Source of the DNA: an uncultured Gammaproteobacteria bacterium
GTDB taxonomy: Bacteria; Patescibacteriota; Microgenomatia; Levybacterales; UBA12049
Length of the DNA stretch: 64,000 bases
NCBI GenBank assembly: GCA_964637955.1
Contig: CAZWXQ010000001.1
Coordinates: 223,447 to 287,446, forward strand
Direction: 5' to 3'
Under the pieces are notes generated by a model. It saw nothing but the letters and a program-made list of their open reading frames with translations, did no database searches and was not told the origin of the DNA. Shown here piece after piece: positions 57,160-64,000 of the stretch. Within the stretch, counting starts at the first letter, position 1. Each line of letters begins with the position of its first letter. Made by a program: the position numbers and the translations under genes.

Positions 57160-57762
57160 ATGGCAAGATATACTGGACCAAAGCATAGATTAGCAAGAAG
57201 AGAAGGAGTAAATATCCTTGATAAGAGCGCGGCAAGTCTTCAAAGAAGATTAAATATTCCCATGGGACAACATGCAAGAAAGAGAAAAAAGAGAGTATCT
57301 GAGTACGGAGAGCAACTTAGAGAAAAACAAAAAGCAAAAGCAACATACGGTCTTCTCGAAAAACAGTTCAAGAAGATGTTTAAGTATGCTGAATCTCAGA
57401 AAGCGGAAACAGGCGATCTTTTGGTGAGTCTTCTTGAGACTAGGCTTGATAACGTAGTTTATAGGGTAGGTTTTTCAAGATCACGTGCAGGAGCAAGGCA
57501 ATTGGTATCTCACGGACACGTTTTAGTTAATGGTAAAAAAGTAAATATCCCTTCCTATCAGGTCAAGCAAGATGATATTATTACAGTGAGCGATTCATCT
57601 CAGAAGAATCCATTAGTATTACAGGCTATGGAAGAAAGAAAAGATTTTGTGCCATATGTTATGCGTGAAGGAGCTTCGGGAAAACTATTAAGAATTCCAA
57701 AAAAAGAAGATCTAGAGGTCCCTTTCAATACACAACTGATTATTGAATATTATTCAAGATAA
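57160..57762 (+). CDS. rpsD: 30S ribosomal protein S4
   Basis: MARYTGPK.RL.RREG...S4 domain (LE.RLDNVVYR.GF..SR..ARQLVSHGH..VNG.KV.IPS). Confidence 0.95.
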   Translation: MARYTGPKHRLARREGVNILDKSAASLQRRLNIPMGQHARKRKKRVSEYGEQLREKQKAKATYGLLEKQFKKMFKYAESQKAETGDLLVSLLETRLDNVVYRVGFSRSRAGARQLVSHGHVLVNGKKVNIPSYQVKQDDIITVSDSSQKNPLVLQAMEERKDFVPYVMREGASGKLLRIPKKEDLEVPFNTQLIIEYYSR

Positions 57763-57779
57763 TGATACAATAGTTTCTT

Positions 57780-58700
57780 ATGAACGAGCCGAATTTTAAA
57801 ATTATTGAAGTTACTAATACACCAGACTATGGTGAGTTTGTTATAGAACCGCTTGAGCCAGGTTATGGTCACACACTTGGAACAGCACTAAGGAGAGTTC
57901 TTCTTATATCTATTCCAGGAGTTGCTGTATCATCAGTTAAAATAAACGGAGCAAAGCATAGATTCTCAACTCTTCCAGGTCTTAAGGAAAATATTGTTGA
58001 CCTCCTTCTAAATGTAAAAGAACTTAATTTTAAACTCCTAAATTCAAAAGATTCAAGCACAGTTAGACTATCTATAAAAGGACCAGCTACTATTACTGGG
58101 AAAGATTTTGAAGTATCTGAAGATGCAGAAGTAGTAAATGGGGATCATTATATAGGTACTCTTGATAAAAAAGGTAAGCTTGAAATGGAACTTACAATTG
58201 AAAGAGGATATGGTTATTCTCTTTCTGAGGAAAGAAGAGGCGGAGCACTAGGAGTAATTCCAACTGACGCTATTTTTACTCCAATAAGACGCGTAAACTT
58301 TAATGTTTCAGCAACTCGTGTTGGAAGACAAACAAATCTTGATAAGCTTACAATGCAAATTTGGACAAATGGAGTTATCTCTCCAAAAGATGCTCTGGAT
58401 CAGGCTGCAAGAACTCTAACTTCATATTTCCATCAAGTATATGAGCCAAAAGCTGTTGAAGAAGCTGTAAGTGAAGGTGCAAGATCAGATATTCCAGATG
58501 CAACTCTTAAATTAACAATTGATGAATTAGATCTTCCTACTAGAATTTATAATTCACTTAGAAATGGTGGAATTGAAACAATTGGTCAATTGATTGAAGC
58601 TCCGAGAAAAGATCTTATTTCGATGCGCAATATGGGTGGAAAATCAATTTCTATAATCGAGGAAAAACTCAGAGAAAAAGGAATTGAGCTGTCCGCGTAA
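57780..58700 (+). CDS. rpoA: DNA-directed RNA polymerase subunit alpha
   Basis: 306 aa. NTD (GYGHTLGTALRRVLL) and CTD helix-hairpin-helix (LDLPTRIYNSLRNGGIETIGQL). Confidence 0.95.
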   Translation: MNEPNFKIIEVTNTPDYGEFVIEPLEPGYGHTLGTALRRVLLISIPGVAVSSVKINGAKHRFSTLPGLKENIVDLLLNVKELNFKLLNSKDSSTVRLSIKGPATITGKDFEVSEDAEVVNGDHYIGTLDKKGKLEMELTIERGYGYSLSEERRGGALGVIPTDAIFTPIRRVNFNVSATRVGRQTNLDKLTMQIWTNGVISPKDALDQAARTLTSYFHQVYEPKAVEEAVSEGARSDIPDATLKLTIDELDLPTRIYNSLRNGGIETIGQLIEAPRKDLISMRNMGGKSISIIEEKLREKGIELSA

Positions 58701-58839
58701 AATAGGTAGGATTGCTGAGGTCGCTAACAAATTTTCACGCTGCGATCGCGCTTTGAATTTAGTTTAAAGACAAGATACAAGTGCCCGCTGTACTTCGCTT
58801 CGAAAATTTGCCAGCTCCCCGCAATCCTTAATTTTTATA

Positions 58840-59319
58840 ATGAGAAAACAAGTATTTGGTAGAAAATTTAAAAGAGATAAAAATGAAAGGAAAGCCTTAT
58901 TTAGCGGGCTTATTTCTGGTTTGATTTTGAAAGGTAGAATTTCTACAACTCTAGAAAAAGCTAAGGCAGTTCAGGGTGATGCTGAAAAATTAGTTACAAG
59001 AGCAAAAAAAGGTGAAGCAGCTCGAATCGAATTAAAAAAAAGCTTAAAACCTTTTGAAGTTGATAAAATGATTAATCAAATTGCTCCAGTTTTTAAAGAT
59101 AGACCTGGAGGATATACTAGAATTATTAAAACAGGAAAGAGGTTTAGCGATAACGCATCAACTGCTATTCTTGAATGGGTGGAAGTAATTCCGGAAATTG
59201 CAAAACCAGAACCTAAAAAAGCTAAAAAAGAAATAGCAAAACCAGTTGAAAAGAAAACAAGTCGATTAAGTTTGAGAAAGTCAGCTGATAAGAAACCGGC
59301 TAAGAAGGAGACTAAATAA
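58840..59319 (+). CDS. rplQ: 50S ribosomal protein L17 with a Lys-rich C-terminal extension
   Basis: FGRKFKRDKNERKALF..L...LI..GRI.TT..KAK. A 139-bp GC-richer spacer separates it from rpoA. Confidence 0.9.
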   Translation: MRKQVFGRKFKRDKNERKALFSGLISGLILKGRISTTLEKAKAVQGDAEKLVTRAKKGEAARIELKKSLKPFEVDKMINQIAPVFKDRPGGYTRIIKTGKRFSDNASTAILEWVEVIPEIAKPEPKKAKKEIAKPVEKKTSRLSLRKSADKKPAKKETK

Positions 59320-59798
59320 TGCAATCAACTAAAGCATCAGAAATAAAAAGAGAGTGGCACATAATAGATGTAGATGGTAAAGTTTTGGGTCGAGTTTCTA
59401 CCGAAATCGCAGGACTTCTTATGGGAAAAAGTAAGCCAAATTTTGTTAGAAATCTTGATTGTGGTGACTATGTTGTGGTTATTAATTCAAAAAAGATTAA
59501 AGTTACTGGTAAAAAAGAACATGATAAGCTTTACAGAAGACATAGTGGCTATCCAGGAGGGTTCAGAGAAGAAAGATTAGAGGAGCTACGAGCGCGAAAG
59601 CCAAATGATATAATAGTGCACAGTGTTAAGGGGATGCTCCCTCAGAACAAATTAAGAGATCAAATGTTATTAAGACTTAAGATTTTTGAAGGAGCAGAGC
59701 ATGAATATATGGATAAGTTTGGAAAATCCCACTCCGCTAAAGCTTCGGAGGGACAAGTGAAAGAGAAGGGAGAATCTAAGCCAGAGGTTCAGGTTTAG
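59319..59798 (+). CDS. rplM: 50S ribosomal protein L13
   Basis: KREWHIIDVDGKVLGRVSTEIAGLLMGK.KP.F. Confidence 0.95.
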   Translation: MQSTKASEIKREWHIIDVDGKVLGRVSTEIAGLLMGKSKPNFVRNLDCGDYVVVINSKKIKVTGKKEHDKLYRRHSGYPGGFREERLEELRARKPNDIIVHSVKGMLPQNKLRDQMLLRLKIFEGAEHEYMDKFGKSHSAKASEGQVKEKGESKPEVQV

Positions 59799-59807
59799 TT
59801 TTAAGAT

Positions 59808-60287
59808 ATGGCAGTTAAAAATCATGAATTAACAAGCGTAGGTGGAACAAAAAAGTATAAAGACTTTATGTTTGCTGTTGGAAGAAGAAGGGCGGCTGTT
59901 GCTCGAGTTAGAGTGTATTCAAAAATTCCAGATGATTTCAAATTTGGAGAATATTTAGTTAAAAAAGGAGATATGGTAGTAAATGGAAGAAATATTACTG
60001 AATATTTTTCAGGTGCTGCTTCTAAGGCTACATATGAAAAACCTTTAATACTGACAGAATCCTTAAATAAATATTCTATTACCGCTAGAGTTCAAGGTGG
60101 AGGTCCACAGTCGCAGTTGGGAGCATTTGTATTAGGAATGTCTAGAGCTCTTGCAGCAATTGATGAAGCCTCAAAGCCAACTCTTAGAAAAAATGACCTT
60201 TTGACTCGTGACCCACGAGTAAGAGAGAGAAGAAAAGTTGGAATGGGTGGAAAGTCACGTGCAAGAAAGCAGTCTCCAAAGAGATAG
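59808..60287 (+). CDS. rpsI: 30S ribosomal protein S9 (N-terminally extended)
   Basis: GRRRAAVARVRV...GGG..SQLGA...G.SRAL...D......L.K..LLTRDPR..ERRK.G..GKSRARKQSPKR. Confidence 0.9.
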   Translation: MAVKNHELTSVGGTKKYKDFMFAVGRRRAAVARVRVYSKIPDDFKFGEYLVKKGDMVVNGRNITEYFSGAASKATYEKPLILTESLNKYSITARVQGGGPQSQLGAFVLGMSRALAAIDEASKPTLRKNDLLTRDPRVRERRKVGMGGKSRARKQSPKR

Positions 60288-60385
60288 AATTTATCATCAA
60301 TAATTCAGGTTAAATTAGTTGACGTCATTCCCTGCCAAAAAATGCTTTTTATGCCTATAAAAGCTATAATATAAAGGTATAAGAT

Positions 60386-61522
60386 ATGAACCTAAGAAAT
60401 TTTGCGCAAGCTGCTGATAGAAGAAAAGCTCTAGAGAATGATCAAAATAAAACACTTGAAGCTATTGGAAGTTTCACCCTCGATGAATTAGTCGTTTCCT
60501 CAAAAAATTGCGAAAACTTAATAGGTGCAACTCAAGTTCCTCTAGGCGTAGCGGGCCCACTTAAAGTTAAAGGATCTACATTTGAAAATGATTTTTATAT
60601 CCCTCTAGCTACTACAGAAGGAGCATTGGTTGCTTCAGTTAGTCGCGGTTCAAAAGCAATATCCGCATCTGGAGGAGCACATTCATTTGCATATAGAATA
60701 GGTCAAACACGCGGGCCTGTTTTTGAAGTAAGTGCTTTGGAAGAGCAAAAAAAAGTGTATGAGTGGATAATGAATAATGAAAGCAAATTGAAAGACATTT
60801 CAGAGGCCACATCTTCACATTTAAAATATAAAAAACTTAAAGTTAGCGGGCTTTCAAATTATATATTTGTGCGTTTTTATTTTGATACAAAGGATGCCAT
60901 GGGCATGAATATGGTTACTATCGCAACAGATGCTATCTCAAAGCTTATTGAGAAAGAGACAGGAGCACGGCTCATTTCAGTTGCAGGAAATTACGATATT
61001 GATAAAAAGCCTGCATGGATAAATTTTATAAATAATAGAGGTTTTAAAGTTTGGTCAGAAGTTATTTTAACTCGTGATGTTCTTGAGAATGATTTGAAGA
61101 CGAGTGCATCAAAGTTTTTCGATGTTTGGCTTGCGAAATGTATGATTGGGTCTGCTATGAGTGGCTCTTTGGGATTTAACGCTCAGTATGCTAATATTAT
61201 CGCTGGAATATTCATCGCAACGGGTCAGGATCCGGCGCACATTGTAGAAGGAAGCATGGGTATTACGACAGCAAAAGCATTAGATAATGGAGATCTTCAT
61301 GTTAGTATATATTTGCCAGCACTTCAGATTGGAGTGGTTGGTGGAGGAACAAATCTTGGAACTCAAAAAGAAGCTTTAGAGCTGTTAGGAGTAAAAGACG
61401 CTGGAAATGTCGAAAAGTTTGCTGAAATAATTGGAGGAGCGGTTTTAGCTGGAGAAATATCCTTGCTTTCAAGCTTATCTGAAGGTACACTTGCAAAAGC
61501 ACATAAAGAGCTAGGAAGATAG
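60386..61522 (+). CDS. class I (archaeal/eukaryotic-type) HMG-CoA reductase
   Basis: 378 aa. CENLIGATQVPLG, TTEGALVAS, DAMGMNMV and VVGGGTN motifs are class I signatures. Confidence 0.85.
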   Translation: MNLRNFAQAADRRKALENDQNKTLEAIGSFTLDELVVSSKNCENLIGATQVPLGVAGPLKVKGSTFENDFYIPLATTEGALVASVSRGSKAISASGGAHSFAYRIGQTRGPVFEVSALEEQKKVYEWIMNNESKLKDISEATSSHLKYKKLKVSGLSNYIFVRFYFDTKDAMGMNMVTIATDAISKLIEKETGARLISVAGNYDIDKKPAWINFINNRGFKVWSEVILTRDVLENDLKTSASKFFDVWLAKCMIGSAMSGSLGFNAQYANIIAGIFIATGQDPAHIVEGSMGITTAKALDNGDLHVSIYLPALQIGVVGGGTNLGTQKEALELLGVKDAGNVEKFAEIIGGAVLAGEISLLSSLSEGTLAKAHKELGR

Positions 61523-61533
61523 TTAAAAGTTAT

Positions 61534-62571
61534 ATGACAGGAATAGTTGGATACGGAACATACATACCAAAGTTTAGAATAAAGTTAACAGATATTGCTG
61601 ATGTTTGGAAAAAAGATCAGGATGAAATTCTAAATGGATTTAAAGTTACTGAGAAATCAGTTCCGGCATTTGATGAAGATGCTGTAACCATTGGAATCGA
61701 AGCTGGAAAAAACGCTTTTAGTTTGGCAAATATAGATCCAAAAAAAGTTGGATGTGTATATTTTGGTTCAGAAAGTCATCCCTATGCAGTTAATCCTTCG
61801 TCATCAATAGCTGCTGAATATCTAAAAATTGGACCTGATTATATGGCAGCTGATCTTGAATTTGCATGTAAAGCTGCAACAGCAGGAATGCAGATTTCAT
61901 ACGCACTCATTGAAGCTGGAAAAATCGATTACGGACTTACAATTGGAGCTGATACAGCTCAGGGTAAGCCTCATGATGCTCTAGAATATACAGCAGCAAG
62001 CGCAGGAGCAGCTTTTTTACTTGGGAATAAAAAAGAAGAGATAATTGCTGAAATACTAGCATGCTCTTCCTATACATCTGACACGCCTGATTTTTGGAGA
62101 AGAGATGGAATGCGTTATCCTTCTCATTTTGGGAGATTTACTGGAGAGCCTGCGTATTTTATGCATGTAATTAGTGAAGGTAAAAAATTATTGGAAAAAA
62201 GTAAATTAAAACCTACAGACTTTGATTACGGCGTATTTCATATGCCAAATGGAAAATTTCCTAGGCTTGCAGCAAAAAAATTAGGGTTTACCGAAGATCA
62301 AATTGCACCCTCATTGATAGTAGACAAAATTGGAAATCCATATTCTGCATCTTCACTCACTGGTTTGGCAGCAGTCTTAGATATTGCTAAGCCTGGAGCA
62401 AATATATTTTTCGTTTCATATGGTTCAGGAGCCGGCTCTGATGGTTTTATTTTTAAGACAACAAAAAATATTTCAAAGATAAAAAATAAAAGTAAAACAG
62501 TAAATGAGCAAATAGAAAATAAAGAATATATAAGCTATTCACAGTACTTGAAGCAAACACACACTTTATGA
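61534..62571 (+). CDS. archaeal-type HMG-CoA synthase
   Basis: 345 aa. MTGIVGYGTYIPKFRIK N-terminus, active-site Cys in EFACKAATAGM. Length and layout match archaeal HMGS rather than bacterial MvaS. Confidence 0.8.
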   Translation: MTGIVGYGTYIPKFRIKLTDIADVWKKDQDEILNGFKVTEKSVPAFDEDAVTIGIEAGKNAFSLANIDPKKVGCVYFGSESHPYAVNPSSSIAAEYLKIGPDYMAADLEFACKAATAGMQISYALIEAGKIDYGLTIGADTAQGKPHDALEYTAASAGAAFLLGNKKEEIIAEILACSSYTSDTPDFWRRDGMRYPSHFGRFTGEPAYFMHVISEGKKLLEKSKLKPTDFDYGVFHMPNGKFPRLAAKKLGFTEDQIAPSLIVDKIGNPYSASSLTGLAAVLDIAKPGANIFFVSYGSGAGSDGFIFKTTKNISKIKNKSKTVNEQIENKEYISYSQYLKQTHTL

Positions 62572-62614
62572 CCCATTCGACGTACTCAGGGTTGATAGTG
62601 AGTGAAATCGAACT

Positions 62615-63760
62615 ATGAAAATAAACGTTTTAGGCGTAGCAACAACTGAATTTGGAGAGCTTTGGGATAAATCTCCAAGAGCACTTGCAAGGCAAGCTGT
62701 AAAAGAGGCATTGGAAGATGCTAAGATGGATATTTCTAAGATCGATGCGCTTTATGTGGGCAACATGCTTGCCGGAATTTTGGGCAATCAAGCAAACTTA
62801 GGAGCATTATTCGCAGAAGAATTGGGATTATCTGTCCCGGCAGTAAGAGTAGAGGGAGCATGTGCATCTGGCGGATTGGCTCTTAATAGTGCCATTAATA
62901 GTATTTTGTCAGGACAGTATGAAAATGTGTTGGTTCTTGGAGTAGAAAAAATGACTGATTCTAGCCAGGATGACGTTACAACAGGGCTTATGGCGGCAGG
63001 TTCTGATGATGAAAGAATGGCAGGCGCTACTTTTCCGGGAATTTATGCATTAATGGCTCAAGCATATATGGATAAATATAAGGTTACGGAAGAAAATATC
63101 GCAGCTGTTTCAGTAAAAAATCATTATCATGGATCTTTAAATGAAAAAGCGCAATTCAGAAAAGCGATAACTGTAGATGATGTTATGAAGAGTGGCAGAA
63201 TAGCTGATCCATTAAAACTTTTGGATTGCTCTCCAATTTCAGATGGTGCATCAGCTGTGGTAATTAGTAAAAATAAGCCAAGTAAAGGAAAATCAGTCAC
63301 TATTTTAGCAAGTGAAGTAGCGTCCGATACTCTTTCATTGCACGATAGAAAATCATTTGTTTCACTTGATTCAGTAGTTAGGTCTTCTGCTAAGGCATAT
63401 AAGGCTGCTGGGATAAAATCAAAAGACATAGATGTCGCAGAAATACATGATTGTTTTTCTATAGCTGAAGCAATTGCGGTTGAGGATTTGGGTTTTTCTG
63501 AAAGAGGAAAGGGTGCAATCGACATTGAAAAAGGATTAATGACTATTGGAAAAGGAAAGATTATTACAAATCCATCTGGAGGATTGAAAGCTTGTGGACA
63601 TCCTGTAGGAGCGACAGGGATTAAACAAATTGTAGAAATTGCCACTCAACTAAGAAACGGCGCAGGAGAGCGTCAGGTAAAGGGAGCAAAGATAGGGCTT
63701 ACTCATAATGTAGGAGGTTCAGGAGCAGTATCTGTTATCCATATATTATGCAAAGCATAA
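62615..63760 (+). CDS. archaeal-type acetyl-CoA acetyltransferase (thiolase)
   Basis: 381 aa. Catalytic Cys in EGACASGG, C-terminal His/Cys region (GHPVGATG...NVGGSG). Confidence 0.8.
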   Translation: MKINVLGVATTEFGELWDKSPRALARQAVKEALEDAKMDISKIDALYVGNMLAGILGNQANLGALFAEELGLSVPAVRVEGACASGGLALNSAINSILSGQYENVLVLGVEKMTDSSQDDVTTGLMAAGSDDERMAGATFPGIYALMAQAYMDKYKVTEENIAAVSVKNHYHGSLNEKAQFRKAITVDDVMKSGRIADPLKLLDCSPISDGASAVVISKNKPSKGKSVTILASEVASDTLSLHDRKSFVSLDSVVRSSAKAYKAAGIKSKDIDVAEIHDCFSIAEAIAVEDLGFSERGKGAIDIEKGLMTIGKGKIITNPSGGLKACGHPVGATGIKQIVEIATQLRNGAGERQVKGAKIGLTHNVGGSGAVSVIHILCKA

Positions 63761-63863
63761 ATTTAAAATTTGAAATTTTCAATCAAATTAAAATGTCTAA
63801 AACTTAAAAATTTAGAATTAAATATTCATTAAAAATTGAAAACTTAAAATTAAAAATTAAATC

Positions 63864-64000
63864 ATGATTACAACACCAGTAAAGCTTTGGAGAAGACAAA
63901 AAGATGTAGCCAATCATATTGGAAGAGTGGGTGCAATTTTAAATTGGACAATTGTTAGAGTTCCTCCACGTGCATTTCATCACGAGGCTCCGTATCCGAT
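63864..64000 (+). CDS. DUF35 OB-fold protein (archaeal thiolase/HMGS partner), N-terminal part; runs off the window
   Basis: MITTPVKLWRRQKDVANHIGRVGAILNWTIVRVPPRAFHHEAPYP fits the DUF35 OB-fold pattern (G.v.S.T.V...P..F....PY). No N-terminal Zn ribbon is visible. Confidence 0.45.
   Translation, partial: MITTPVKLWRRQKDVANHIGRVGAILNWTIVRVPPRAFHHEAPYP

Noticed and set aside
1-64000. Alternative genetic code (UGA recoded to Gly as in some CPR lineages)
   Set aside because: All long conserved genes (rpoB, rpoC, fusA, secY, r-proteins) are full-length and end where expected under the standard code, so no recoding is needed.

Overview
The window is a low-GC bacterial stretch dominated by the conserved transcription/translation superoperon: rpoB-rpoC-rpsL-rpsG, fusA, tuf-rpsJ, then rplC through rplQ with secY, adk, cmk, map, infA and rpmJ, then rplM-rpsI. 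All calls rest on reading the translated ORFs. L30 (rpmD) is absent between rpsE and rplO, and many r-proteins carry Lys/Ala/Glu-rich terminal extensions; both fit a Candidate Phyla Radiation (Patescibacteria)-like organism using the standard genetic code. Three accessory islands interrupt this core: rpsG|fusA (about 5 kb), fusA|tuf (about 10 kb) and rpsJ|rplC (about 7 kb). They carry orphan acidic ORFs, secreted or membrane-anchored proteins (fibronectin type III (Fn3) repeats, a PD40-like propeller, tandem paralogues, a lysozyme-inhibitor MliC-like protein), two NUDIX hydrolases, MazG, def, a GAF-domain histidine kinase with a receiver-only response regulator, and a PLP-dependent decarboxylase. 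The most unusual signal is that two small single-ORF insertions (after rpsG and after a zincin peptidase gene) are each bounded by a second copy of the last ~42 bp of the upstream gene that differs only synonymously. The window ends with an archaeal-type mevalonate module (class I HMG-CoA reductase, archaeal HMG-CoA synthase, thiolase, DUF35 OB-fold protein). Most non-ribosomal genes show a TATAAT box 6-9 nt before the ATG with no Shine-Dalgarno (leaderless design), while r-protein genes have clear SD sites. Promoter-then-hairpin/U-tract leaders precede rpoB, rplC and infA. No tRNA, rRNA or CRISPR array was found.
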